Assembly: GCA_965637545.1 (NCBI GenBank)
Contig: OZ281499.1
Location: forward strand, 25,172,001-25,236,000
Origin: Phallusia mammillata
Taxonomy: Eukaryota
Length of the DNA: 64,000 nt
Reading direction: 5' to 3'
The position numbers and the translations under genes were made by a program. This document shows positions 48,501 through 60,900 of the stretch, piece after piece (position 1 is the first letter of the stretch; every line of letters starts with the position of its first letter). The notes beneath the pieces are model-generated. The model ran no database searches. It saw only the letters and a program-made list of their open reading frames with translations, and was not told the origin of the DNA.

Positions 48501-49838
48501 TAGGTTCTAAACGCAATGTATGCCTTGGTTTGGATGGATAGGTTCTAATTTTAATCATAAAAATTTCAACTCCTTTTCCTAAAATGTTCTTGATGTTTAA
48601 GTAAAAATGATAGGAACATACCGCTCTACAATAACACATTTTTTTGCAAAAATAAGGTTTAAAGAAAGCATCTTTTCACTTCAATTAGGCAAATAGATTT
48701 GACTCTTTTTAAGTTATTATCTTTACTAGAAGTTCAAACCACAAAGTTCAGCCAACAAATTTTGACACTTGTATAAGACTTCCCACTATCACACAAAAAC
48801 AGCTGGTACAACATCCTATATCAGCAGGTTCCAATGATCATCATGCAAATAGGGCATGCAAATAAGAAAGCACTTTTACAGTAATAGTCCAGCTGGTCAT
48901 GGCAAACAATAGACAATTGATAAATTCCTCTTAATAAAGATACGCTTTGATTCACTTTCGGAAACTGTTTGTCCAAATGCACACAGGTGCTATTGTAATA
49001 GAATATAGTAACAGACTTTAAATATCACAATAGGCCTTTGGAAGCTTTTAATTTAACCCACCTTTTGTGTTGGTGGCATTGTCTGCAATCTTTTGCATGG
49101 ACTCCACAAACGCGGAAACAGCAAAAGTGGTAGACCTAAAAGAATTTTGTTTAGCGAAATACTTAAAATTCATTGTGCTCTTTTTCAATTGTTTCTGTAC
49201 CATTTTTCTGTAAAGAATTACATCATTAACTATGTTTTCACTTTTAAACAGTATGGAAAAAAGAAACAGAAGTCTTTTTGGTGGGATGTTATGAGATAAA
49301 CATGGAGAATGTGTTTGGTACAGCCATACAGGTTGGTTTTACTTACTTGAGTAGAGTGTATAGCTTCATCCCTCTTGAAACGAATTCTTCCCAAACTGGA
49401 GAGCTAGACTGAAAGACAAAATAAGATATTGATCACATATTACTAAACTGTCAAAATATGGCTATTATTTGTATTTGTCACAACTGTTCGCAAAAAATGG
49501 TGTAGAAAAAGTCACAAAAAATGTGCACAATAATTCAAAGTACTTTTACTAAAACAACAAGGTTATACTTAGGAACACTATACACGGACTTGAAAAGTAA
49601 TTTAATCAAAAACATTACTGCCAAGGTGCTGGTGTATATAGAATACAGAGATTGTTGAAATGTCTGAACGATGTATTCTATATACACCAGCACCTTGGCA
49701 GTAATGTTTTTGATTAAACAAGGTTATATATTATTGTTTTTTAGACTTTTTCAATCACTAGTATATTCCAACCTTTAAATCTGTTACAATATTTTGAAAC
49801 AGGGTGCCCAACAAGGAGCATTCTTTTTCTATATCCAT
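21576..49838 (-). CDS. MTSS1: MTSS1/MIM-family I-BAR (IMD) protein, ~837 aa
   Basis: Exons (-): 49773-49838, 49347-49408, 49062-49135, 32665-32749, 32323-32414, 32048-32122, 30980-31140, 27655-27816, 27088-27188, 26758-26836, 24744-24983, 24348-24480, 23612-23989, 22553-22789, 22073-22216, 21576-22000; 2514 nt, phases consistent. Motifs MDIEKECSLLGTLFQNIVTDLK, PVWEEF, IGSALTRIC, EEWKKVANQLEKDHAKEYKKA, RLSSVSSHDSGF, SWKDWSRPGPYDQ, SSGYSSQNTTPACSEDTI and ATIRRKPSSK all match MTSS1/MTSS2. Confidence 0.95.
22932..22970 (+). ncRNA. Decayed minimal hammerhead motif, family D
   Basis: gaca CTGATGA T GCTT ataa AAGC GAAG tgcatt tgtt: intact CUGAUGA, 4-bp stem II and stem I gaca/tgtt; GAAA is mutated to GAAG. 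Confidence 0.5.
23014..23440. mobile_element. hAT MITE with subterminal CCGAA/TTCGG repeats
   Basis: Perfect 15-bp TIR TAGTGATGCACCGAA; perfect 8-bp TSD gttttcac (23006-23013, 23441-23448). Confidence 0.93.
24571..24614 (-). ncRNA. Apparently intact minimal type-I hammerhead ribozyme (family A)
   Basis: Minus strand UAUAAC CUGAUGA U GACAA uagcac UUGUC GAAA CG UC|GUUAUG: full core, 5-bp stem II, 6-bp stem I (one G-U), palindromic ACGU mini stem III and a GUC cleavage triplet. Confidence 0.8.
24576..24722. repeat. Perfect 45-bp inverted repeat containing opposed hammerhead cores
   Basis: Arms 24576-24620 and 24678-24722 are exact reverse complements; 57-bp spacer. Confidence 0.95.
25182..25215 (-). 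mobile_element. tRNA-derived SINE fragment (B box)
   Basis: Minus strand gtcgtgGGTTCGAATCCcaccgcaggc forms a T-arm; the 5' half of the tRNA is absent. Confidence 0.45.
25714..26169. mobile_element. hAT (Charlie-like) MITE
   Basis: TIRs CAGTGTGGTCCAAC / GTTGGACCACGCTG; perfect TSD tgctaaga (25706-25713, 26170-26177); subterminal GCGGGCC repeats. Confidence 0.92.
37922..38432. mobile_element. hAT (Charlie-like) MITE
   Basis: Perfect TIR CAGTGGTTCCCAACCT; perfect TSD ttttaaac (37914-37921, 38433-38440); subterminal GGGTCGC repeats. Confidence 0.93.
39040..39080 (-). ncRNA. Minimal hammerhead motif, best-preserved family C copy (repeat spans ~39007-39100)
   Basis: Minus strand tatca CTGATGA T GGTA ttagcatt TGCC GAAACGTT taaa: core intact, 4-bp stem II with one U-G; stem I weakened (other copies have tca/tga). 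Confidence 0.65.
39530..39607 (+). mobile_element. tRNA-like SINE head or tRNA pseudogene remnant
   Basis: A-box-like GGCAAAGTGG and B-box-like GGTTCGATTC; no intact cloverleaf. Confidence 0.3.
40937..41015 (-). mobile_element. Family C repeat with a decayed hammerhead core
   Basis: Minus strand tatca CCAATGA T GGCA tgggcatt TGCC GAAACGTT tgaaa; homologous to the 5358, 39007 and 57086 copies. Confidence 0.65.
41778..41982. repeat. 76-bp inverted repeat overlapping a hammerhead motif (41889-41925, +), related to family A
   Basis: Arms 41778-41853 and 41907-41982 differ at 2 positions. Motif: aca CTGATGA T GACAA tagtt TTGTC GAAACGTT tgt. Confidence 0.9.
43200..44400 (+). mobile_element. Highly degraded non-LTR retrotransposon (LINE) reverse-transcriptase remnant
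   Basis: Frameshifted peptides in RT order: 'IGFLRGR', 'DT..VSHEVIW', 'KLHFKPSKEAVMCFKRK' (cf. L.FN..K..VM.F), 'YLYMGI' (cf. YKYLG); many stops. Confidence 0.45.
46412..46457 (-). ncRNA. Minimal hammerhead motif, family E
   Basis: Minus strand ttgct CTGAAGA A GCCCA accgttctgg TGGGC GAAAC TTC aacaa: core intact, 5-bp stem II, stem I with 4 of 5 pairs. Confidence 0.6.
47600..48330 (+). mobile_element. Possible degraded LINE 3' remnant
   Basis: Fragments 'AVLLFG' and 'LRRQKITKRIFNIK' loosely resemble the post-RT region (SVLLYG.E.W, LRRILNI) of RTE/CR1-type elements. Confidence 0.25.
49601..49718. repeat. Perfect 47-bp inverted repeat (fold-back) in MTSS1 intron 1
   Basis: Arms 49601-49647 and 49672-49718 are exact reverse complements; 24-nt loop. 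Confidence 0.95.
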
Positions 49839-50689
49839 GTTTTCTCTTCAGTAGATATTCCACAGATAAATCCTTGTTACGTTGTGTACACGCTTTTATC
49901 CTACTGCTTCCATAACCCGACGCAAACACACATTAAATATTTAAAAGGTTGCTTGGTGAATTGTTCAGCCCAAAAAACGTCTACACAAATAGGAGAACGT
50001 TGAAAATGAACAATATAGCTGGTAGCATGAGACGTTTTGTCTCTTAAAAACGCTGCACGTTAAACTGATACATTGTGTTTCAATATGTTTCCTGTCTAAA
50101 GAAACTAACGGATGTGGGTTTTGAACGTCTATCGCGGTTCGCTGTGTTGTTAAAATCCACGCGCATATATTCAACGTACATGTAGTATGTAGAACACATA
50201 TTCTGTTTCTAAATTTGGTGGGAAATAATTCCCTTGCCAGAAAAGCAAGTCGAAGTAGACCTAGTCTAAAATCTAAATGATATATAGCTGTCTATAAGCA
50301 ATGTTTGTCAAACCTATAAACAATCCGTTTTAACGACCTGACTAACAGTCTATTGACAAATACTATGTAAACGCTCTGTTTGCACTAAAATAACTGTTTC
50401 TGAAACTTGCGTACACAAATTTTAGCAGCAAATATATGAAAATCAAACACAAAACTGCAGTAACTAAAAACTTGATCTAATTGCACAGCAGAGCTGCTCT
50501 GTTCAGCGACTGCACAAGCGAATAACGGCGCTGAGCGAATACAGAAGCGAAAAGATGGTTCGACACCTCTTGTCTCAATCGCGGTGCGTCGCGTTTTTCG
50601 TCTCATTTTCCCTTCGCAACGGCACGTCCTTGTTTGGAGACGGCTAACATGAAAAGCAAACGTATTGCTGACTTCGCGTCGTCCTCTAG

Positions 50690-50700
50690 CGCTTTATATG
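50690..50700 (-). promoter_or_regulatory. Candidate TATA box for MTSS1
   Basis: CATATAAAGC on minus, followed by a CpG-rich stretch, ~0.85 kb upstream of the ATG. Confidence 0.25.
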
Positions 50701-51947
50701 CAATAAAATTTATTCCTTAAGAGTGCGCTATGCGACAAAGTTCTATAGCACCATCTACCGTTAAAGCAATGGCAAAAAAGCCTCAAGGTGACCTTTGAGA
50801 CATTAACGCTGCAGCATCGTCCAGCGAAAATGTGTTTACAACAAAAATCTTTTACAAGACGCCTAAATTTCTAATGAGCCTTGCCAGGTTTAGTGATGTC
50901 AGTGAAGCTATGTTTTGATTGTTTACTCTGAGTATTTTAGTGGTCGCACACCTTTAAGCACAACCACTTGAATTTTACTTGGGCTACCCCCTTTTGAAAG
51001 ATTTACCCCTAAACCCCTTATACCAACCCACCAGTAAAGAACGACTGCAGTCAATCTAAAAGCGCATGAATTGTCTTTCATTTTACCATAAATCTACTAG
51101 TTGCACATTTTTCGAACTCCGCAAAGTCGGTGTCATGACAATTTCGATGACTTCAGAAGTTTTCTAACATAAAAATCACCGCTGCAAGTTGTCTGTGTTT
51201 GTGATTCAAGCTGAAAAGGTCGTCGTCAGATTTTATTTCATTTTGCGTCCACGTAAAAAAAGGAGAGTGACGGGGGTTGGAAACAAAACGTAATACAAGA
51301 AACAAAAAAACGCGCTGAAAACTTGCGGAAATTAACAGTATTTAGTGGCAAACTTCAGCAGCGGAAGAAGCAGCACCGATTGGTCACGTGTCAAGTTAAG
51401 GACCAATCAGCGACGGGCAACAGGGTGATGTCGTACAATAAATATCATTTCATTGAACAAAGGTTTTGATTATTTTCTGAGACACCTTAAGAATTGTTAA
51501 TGATTTTTAAACGCGTAATTTCATGTTTTTGAAGGCGAACAAATTGATTTGAGATCACAATACCGGCGCGTAAGAATTTCCTAACAGTCCGCGATCAGAA
51601 AACGTGGGGGGAGGGGGATATTTACACGACAGAAAAAAACTGCATTGGGCAAAAAACAAACGGACACACAAACAAAAAATAGAGAGCGATTTCACACAAA
51701 AACACGCGGGCAAAATGAAAGTCATGGGTTTGGGCGGTTTGAACTCGACAAAATCCCGCTATTTACATCATCAGGTACCACGTCACTTATTTACATCGCG
51801 GCAACAATGACGTCATTACAGTGACGTCATACGTTGGCCAGAGTCTCACGAGCAAACTTAGCACCGCTTGTCCAGATACAGCGAAATCCGCGATTGCGTC
51901 ACTTGTACGTCACACGTGACGTCATCATGCTTGCGTCACCGGTGACG

Positions 51948-54900
51948 TCACTTGTGCTTGTCCGGAGTTTCGCGATCTTTTGTTGTGCTTCCGCCGCCAA
52001 ACTGGGTAAGGTCCATTGGCTGCTCGTCCGTCGCACCACGTGACTGACTCCGGCCGCCTGATTGGTTGAAAAAGGGCAGGTGTTATAAGCAGGCTGTTCT
52101 GCAAGACTGTTTAATTTCCCTTTTAATTTTACAACTTACTGTGGTGGTCTTTCGATTTGCTGGCCGATGACGTCGACGACGTACTTCCGCGTCTCTGTTC
52201 CCGCGAGCTCGACTGCCCTCCAGCGGAAGAAGACTTGCTAGTCGAAGGTGCAGCCCCTAAATCGAGACCGGGCATTCCCCCGAAAGCCGCCATCTATGAC
52301 GAAACAAAAGGTCGGTTGTTATGACAACACAGCATAATAGGGACGCGTGTACAGCAAAATGTCGTAATACAAAAGTCACACTTTAGTAGGGTTTTGTGCA
52401 AATCGTCTCATTTTGATTGTTTTATGGAATCAAAATTATTTTTACTTGCATAAAATTTAACACAAAACAAAGCTAACACAAAGTAATGGACACAGCGATA
52501 TGTTTTTCAAAATTCGATTAAATCGGTTCCGTTACAATCTTTCATCTGCCATATTTACATATTTGTGGCTGTCATTTCCACATTTCCACATATTTTTACA
52601 CACCTGTGCAGCAAGTAGGTCAGGGTTCATCATATCCATGGGAAGTGAAAGCAGATTGTTTATATTTGCTGCCTGACTACCCATCATCATTTGGGGTAAC
52701 AACATGGGGTTCATCCCTGGGGCTAAAAAGGGGTTCGACATACCAGGCATTGCACCACCCTAAAATAGAAATAATTCAAATTTAAGACTTTGTACAAAAT
52801 GTATAGTTTTACAAACTCTAACAAGAAACAGACCAGTACGTATATTTGTGCAAAACATGATGAACTACAAAACAAAGCATGATTTTGAGTGTTTAATCAT
52901 GCAATAAATTTTACCAAATGTTATGCCCCACGATTTACCCATGGGGTTAGTTCCTAGCTTCTACAATTGTAAACAGAAACACATGACTTTGACTGGTGAG
53001 CCACAATGAAATACACATGTGTCTTCCGAAGGTTGTACAATAAGTCCGAATTAAAAACCATGCAAGCATAGCTGTCATGTATAGAATAGATTATAACATA
53101 CCCGTTGTAAAGCAGCTAATGCATCTGCCATGTGGTCTCCACTAAACGATGAGGATTGCTTCTGCGATGAAGTGGATGTTGATGTTGTGGAGGAAGAGGA
53201 TCGACTGCTTCCTCTGTCTCCCTGCAAGGAAGATACAACATATGTTAAAAACTGGTCCAAAACTTACATTGTAAAGTGACAAAAAATTTCTTGGCTTTTT
53301 TGTGCATTAAACTAATTTATTGTGCTTATTAGTGCAAAGGATAGGCTTGAAAATTTTAAAAAAGGTTCCAAAATAAACTTTACTGGAAGTTGTAATTGTT
53401 CTACTTATAGTGTGCAGCATTAACATACGATTTATGACTGCAAAGTTTAAAAATAAACGCTTGTTTTTGGTGGATAACAATGTTGCAGCAAAGTTTAACA
53501 AATTTGTTGTTGAACTGATTTTGTTGTGATTGTAAAAAAAATACTTTCAAACGACAGCCAGTTAAATCCGTTGATGACAAATTTTGTTAAATATGCAACC
53601 TGGTGGACAAAACACTTGTTAAGTATTTTCAACAAAGGGATTCCTGTTAAAAGAGCATCAAATGCATTTTTTTTACAGGACAAGGGTTTACATTGTTATT
53701 TGTGCAACATAACACTTGCACTGTTACAAAGTTGTCATTTACCTTTCTGCTTTTTCGTCCTTTCCCTGAATCAGATGAAGATCTTTCATGTGATGAGGAG
53801 GAACTTCTTTGCTCTTTCTTGGGAGCAAGATTGGGAGCTTGTGCAAGAGCTGCCATCGCTGCGAAGGCGTTCGGGTCTTGAGGGGGAAATCCCAGGGGGT
53901 TTGGGAAACCGGACATATCTGTGAAAAACAATTGACATAACTTTATGGTTTGAAGGGAATAAACACTTAGAAAGACCTTATTATGTCTGGATTTTAATTT
54001 GCTTTACAGTAAAACATGGACTGTATTTCTTTTTTGGAACTAAAGAAATGATTATCTTTATATTACACATAAATTATAAGAAAGAATTTATGAAAAGAAA
54101 CTTCCAGAAATACTAAAAAATGGTGCATAAGAACTATAATCATGCAAGAACTTCAAGAGAAAAGAATCATTTGCCGAAAAATCCTAGACATCTAAACAGT
54201 ATTAGTGTGCCAAAAAAATCTAAACAATTTTAACCAACCTCCAAAAAATGGCAACATTGGAAACCCGGAAGCAGCAAGTGCTTTCATGTCGGGGATCTGA
54301 CCGGGCTGTCCGGGCATTTGTAGAGCGGCCATAAGTTGCATGGGGTCTGGCATGAGTCCCCCTTGTCCCTGAAGAAGCCCTGGGAACATGGCAGCTGCTG
54401 CTTGGGGTGGAAGACCCCCTAGAGCTGCAGCGAGAGCAGCCTGTGAGTTTGCAGCTGCCTGAGCTGACGATGTGGACACAGATGTTGATGATGAATTGGT
54501 GGATTTTGATGATGAGGAACTTTTAGATGAAGATTGAGATGCAAGAAGTCGGGTGTGTAAGTCTTTGGGCAGGAATTTCTAACAAAAAAACACATAAAAA
54601 ATGGAAAACTGTGACAACAATCTACAACTGTCTTTAAAACCAAAAAAATGGTAACGATACTTGACAAAAAAAGTAATTATGTACCATAGACAACAACATA
54701 AACATTCAGAATTTTACGCTTTTAAACACTTTTACATTGGTTTGTGACCTGCAAAATGTTTTGCATTATTAACATCACTTACAGATTTTCTGATGACACT
54801 CGACCAGTCTGGAGTGACCACCATATCAGGACGATTTCGTAAATATTCAGCCAAGGAGTTTAACTCTGGTGCTTGTCTCCCACTCAGCTAACAACAAAAA

Positions 54901-57900
54901 GTTTGTTCAGCACAATAAGAAACCATAAAGGTGACAAAATGTTTTCAATTTACTGGTTATCCACATACACCACTTGTCACACTTACAATGTATGAACATT
55001 TGATACCTAACTTTTATATCTTTACAATATTTACATTGAAACCAGAAGGGTGGCTTAGCACATTTTGTCATTGCACATACACTATAACCTATTTCAAAAC
55101 ATTAATATATTTCCTATGCTTATTTTATATTGGGTCCCATATTAACCACCATATTTTATAACCTTCAGGGAAGGGGACCCGTAATAATTGTTTCTGAAAG
55201 CAGAAACCAACTAGTCCCCACAAACATGCAAATTAAACCATATTAATTGGATAAAATCATTATTATGTTGGGACAAAGTAAAGTTGCCACTACGTCAGTT
55301 TTGACATTTTGAAATCTTGAAGCAGAAAAAACAAACAAAATATTTACCTTTTTCCCATTTGACAAGTTGACGACGGTCACCCTTTCATTCCCACTAAGTT
55401 GACTTGGGTCACTCGGAGGTCCCCGGTCCTCGCTGTGGTGGTGGGACCGAGAATGTCGGGAGGGTGAGGCCCGAGAGGGGGTGGACGACCTACTGGGACT
55501 TCCCCTATCGCTGCTCGATGGCTTGTCTTCAGACAGACGAGCTGGTGGAGGTTTCATACCCATCAACATTTCAGGGGTGATTCCCCCAGGTAAAAGTCCC
55601 CCAGCAAACAAGGCAGCAACATCTGGGTCATTGATAAAAAAGAAATTCTGTGAGCTTCTACAACTTGAACAAACGCTGGGTTAAACAGGCCAAGACTTTA
55701 CACAGTAAGGTTATATAGTTACATTAAACTTCGGTTGAATCGGATTTGGTTAATCTGGATCTTAATCCTGACAAAACTTGAGATATAAACGATTTGTAAT
55801 GCGGTAAGGCTTGAACTAATCGACATAGGATAAACCGAATGTTTGCCATTGTCAATTTCAAACAATGTTTCACTAAACACTAGTGCAAAAATTGGTTTTC
55901 TTTTGTCTGTTACAACGTCTAAGGCAGGGGTTCTTAATCAGGGGTACAAAGCATCAAAGCAGGGGGTACGGCATGCAGTTTGAAATTATATGCTATTCAG
56001 GCATAGTTGTAAAGAATGCACAACAAGTTACTTTGTTATATGTCTTTGACTGATTTGAATTGACTGATTGTTGGTGTGCTGTAAATTGTTGAACTTACAA
56101 GACCGTTTTAATGCATGCATTCACCACATAAGTTATAAACACACTGAGTTTAATTGCTATTATTACAATTTTATTTACTTCTGTCGGCCATTGTAGACAG
56201 GGGGTACGAGAAAATTTTATAAACGCTCAAAGGGTACGAGCACTAAAAAAACACTGGTCTAAGGTTCTAATATATTATGGTCATTATGAGAAATCCATCA
56301 GCTAACAACCTAAAAAGTGTTGGAATTGCTACATACCTGGTGGTAAATTGGCTAAGTTTCCTAACAGCTCAGGTGGTAGACTAAACAACGCAGCAGTGGC
56401 TGGATCCATCCCTTGTGCTGAACCCATTTGTTGCAATAAAGCGAGATCGGACAACTGCTGCTGTTGTTGCTGCTTCAAGCTCGATTGACTTGACCCTGAA
56501 GCAGCACGACTTGTACTGGGAGAAAATCCAGATATTGGGTTCGGAGCCATGAAAGGATCTAATTGTCTTGACTTGTCTGGTGTTCTACGTTTTTCGTTTA
56601 ATTCCAGTTCTTTTTGTTGCAGTTTTGTGGTCTGCACCAATTTTTCGGCGCTTCGTAAAAGTTCGTCAGCCTCCATAATCTTCGATTTAAGTTCCTTGAT
56701 TTTTGGAGAGCTTTGCGGAAGAGGACTCACTAACACTTCAGATTCTTGCTCACAGTTTTCTAATCCTCCCTCCGAACTTTCACCTTTCTTGGAGTCATCA
56801 AGTTGTTGACGAAGGGCTTGATAATCCACGACAAAACCTAAAAAAGTTTTTGTTTGCAAGATTGTTCACAGGCACAGAGTACATATATTTTTTTAAACAA
56901 AACCTGGCCTGGTTAAACTTTTTAGGTACGAGATTGAACAAACATTTTTTTCTGACAAAAAAGGTGTTTTTTTGTTTGGCTAGGACCTTCAGGTAAATAT
57001 TATTTATGAAAACTAAAAAAACAGCATCAAAATTAAAACATCTATTGCGTAACCTAACTTTTTGCCAAAAAAGTGACAATTAAAAGTGATGTGGCCCTTC
57101 ATATCACTGACTACGGCATGAGCATTTGCCAATATGTTTGCACAACAAAGCATATCGCTTTATCTATTTGGTCTTTATTTTCATTATTAAACTTTACAAT
57201 AGTGACAATTAAAATAATGTAAAAACTTTTCATTGGGTAAATGACCCTACCTGTGTTATCTTTCAGCCAATCTGCCAGGTCTTTATTTAACGGAGCATCA
57301 TCACCAGCTATTCTGACACCCTCTGTGTTATTGTGGACAGGAATTCGAGTGTTGGGTGACAACATGGCCGGTGACACAAACTTCGATTTTCTTGCCTTCT
57401 GTAAGAAATATTTGAACAGATTTGCCAAAGATTTGCAAAATCTACATACTGGGTCCTATTTTATGGATATACCATATTATATTATTCATTGTAGTTTCTA
57501 ATGGGACCTTGTTGTTATAGAGTGCAATCATTTGATTGAGAAATGTAAATTGGTAAAAAGCAAAGAATACTTTATTGATCGCAACCCATGTTTACACTTA
57601 TTATTTTTTTACACCAATCACCTAGTAAAGTAATTAGGAGAAACAAAAAAAAATGGAACAGAAAAAAGCATGTAACAACATGTTTGAAGCTATTTTGCAT
57701 CGTTAATGTTCTGTAGTCTAAGTCGACCTACAGTGACCTCTTGCTGTCAGTATGCGGAACTTATTCTGCCAAATTTTCATAAATATACAGTTTTAAGTAA
57801 ATAAATTGTTGCAATTCGAACGGAACCACAAAACTGAACCCTATTGCACCGATCAGTCAAGATCAATATTGATTGCCCAAACTTATTTTAATTACTTAAC

Positions 57901-60900
57901 TTTATGAAAAAAAGTAATTGACTGTAATTACAAAAAGGGCACAACATTACTTTTATCACCAAAAACTTACCTTGCCAGATCTTGCTGGACTTTCATCATC
58001 AGCTTTCGGAGGTCCAAACATTGCATCCAGTTTGCTTCCACCTTTACGACTTGGTGTCGTTCGCTTTTCACCGATCAAATTTGCGATACTTTTCTCGCTT
58101 GAATCCTTTTCAACTGGCAGTGATGGCTTGGAGCTGTTGGAAACTGAATCCGATTTTGACGTTTCTTGGTTTGACTTTGCATCAGATGTTGATTCTTTTG
58201 CATCGGATCGACTTTGAGAAGATGATGAAGTTGGCATCTGCGGCAACATCCCAGGAGGAAGGATTCCAGGCATCATTGCAAGCTCCGGAGGTAATCCCAT
58301 GCTCTTGAGGACTTTCTCCATTTCTCCGGGTGATGGAAGTCCTGGAAGCTGCGAAAGTTGAGGAAAATTCTCCGGTTTTCCAGGATTCATCATCTGAAAA
58401 GGATCCATCATCGGGAAGAGAGGGAGGAAAGCTGCAGCTGCAGTCATGGGGTCCATCCCAGCTTTCACTGCATCCTGGATGACCTGCTGTAAGGAGTTGT
58501 TAGCAGCCATCAGTTGTTCAGGAGTGGGCATGATCGCTTGCTGTTGCGCTTTCAGCAATTCCTGACTCAGTTTCGAAGATTGGTCTTTCGCACGAGATCT
58601 TGATGGTGACGGAGAATGTGTCTGCGATTGACGATATCCAGATTTGGAAGAGCGCCCTCGAGAACCAGATGTCTTCTCTGAAGATGTCTCCGACTTGGCA
58701 AGTTCCTGAAAAGATAAGAAAAATTCATTAACAAAATGCAAGTTCTATAAAGATTGCATTTTTGGGGTAGATTGCATTTTAGCGGTTCGAAATAAACAAA
58801 ATTTGTTTTTGGTACATTTGTTTGGAGCGTAAAACACATCTGAAAGGGTAAAATTATGTTCAAAAGCCCCAAAGAGGGACATATGATTCTAAAAAGGTCA
58901 AGACCCCTGATGGAGTAAAACAACTATAAGGTAAAATACAAAACAATGACTTTCAAAAAAAAGTATACCGAAAAAAATGGATTCAAAATTGAAACAGAGT
59001 TTTTAAACCAAATTCACTTACTCTGAGCAATGATGCAGAACTGTTACCAAGCTCCTCATCTTTGTTGGATGCTGACTGGGATGTTTTCATTGATGATGAA
59101 CTCGATTCACCTCGTGATGAGGGACTGAAACCCTAAAGAAAAGGTTAAAATAGGTTCATGGTTTTCCTATAAACTGCAAGTTTATATAAATTTTCATATC
59201 TATTCATTTTCCAATTACACTACACATTTGTTGAAAAATAGTTAATTAAATCCCTATCTTTATCTGCTGTATACCAAACTTTAGCTTATTTTTTTTGTTT
59301 TAACTTACAGCACTGAACAATGAGGAGGAGTTAGATGGGGATGAACCAGCGAATGAGAATGGTATGTTTCCTGCTGCCATCAGCTGCTCGATCTTCCTCT
59401 GCAGACTTTTGTCCATCGGAGGGAGCTAAAAGTTGCAAAGCAGTTTTATTCAATCTATCACATATAAAATGTTGCCACAAAATTGTTTGCAACGTTAGGA
59501 GAGTCTGAACACATCACAAAATGCAATTTTAGAACATTACTTTACTTACCGACGAAGCAGAGAATGGCATTGTGGTTGATGCAGAAGTTGACATAACTTG
59601 CTGATTGGCAGGTGGACGCTTTCTACGGCCTCTGCAATAAAGAACATTGTGTTAGTTACATTGTTTAATATACATTTTTGCCAAAGAATAACGCTACACC
59701 ATACATTTGACCATCGAGCTCTAAATAGGTAAAGGCTTATTACAATTTGGAGACAAATACGAACCTCCTTGGTGTGTACGACTGCATTCGCATGTTACTA
59801 TCCGCACTTGCTCCCAAGATCTGGCTCATGGCTTCTTGCAGTTGTTGGTTGGCTGAAGTAATAATCAAAACATTATGACAACACATACATATCAACATAA
59901 GCTGAAAATCAATATGATTTAGTGATTGATGTGACAGTGCAGAACATGTGGCAAACACAAATGATTAAAATTAAAAAAAAATTTGCTTGTCAAACTGGTT
60001 ACAAATTTGTTTTTTCCATTATTCATAAATGAAGATTTATAAGCGACAAAATAGGTGTGTCAAAAACTTTTTTTTCTGAACTCACCAAATAGATTGACAT
60101 CAGTGTTCACTGGAGGCAGCATGGAGCTAGTAGTTCCAGACGAAGAGATGGGAGTTCCCCTTCCGTCGCTGGTGAAACTGAGGGGTGTAGATGATTGCGA
60201 CCTTGAACCACCTGCCCCAGTTTGACCTTGAGGTCCACTGACTGTGAGGAGGGTCTGATTTGCCGATGGCCACTCTCCGTTAAGAATACAGTAGCAGATA
60301 TTTTCAACTCTCTGGATTAACACCCGGTCCTGTTAACAAAGTTTCAGGGGTTTAGTCGTATAGTGAATTTAGTAAACTGAGAAGTGAACTTAATGTATGG
60401 AGTTGTTTGTTGGTTGAAAGCGTGTTTTACATGGAATTAAACAACAGACGTAAAAATCAAAACTGAAAACACTATTGGGACATTTAAATGAAAAGGTAGT
60501 TTGAAACAACAAAAATAGACTAATCTGGTTCAATGTATAATCTGTTTAATTGCATAGAATCGTGATACCATAGCCTGACCACTAGTAATGAAAATTCTCC
60601 GCTTAATCAAATAATCCAGTTATACTCACAAAAAAACTTGAATTTTGCAAATTAGCAAGTTTTCCAAACAGGATTTGTCTGTACCACATAACTTCTTTTC
60701 AGAATTTAAGGTGGAAATGATTGAAACTTTACAATTAAATTTAGAGAATGGCAACAATGATGATAGTCAGCAGGAAAAACTCGACACCAAATAACAACTT
60801 AACACACAAATCAGTTTCAAAATACCTTGGGCCATCGTCCTGTCATGGACTGAATCATGTATGTTGATGAAAGTGAACCCATTCCAGCGTAACTTGAAGC

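Noticed and set aside
54790-54825. CTGATGA followed by the hairpin CACTC/GAGTG, resembling a hammerhead
   Set aside because: No GAAA after the stem, and it is the antisense of a CHD BRK-domain coding exon.
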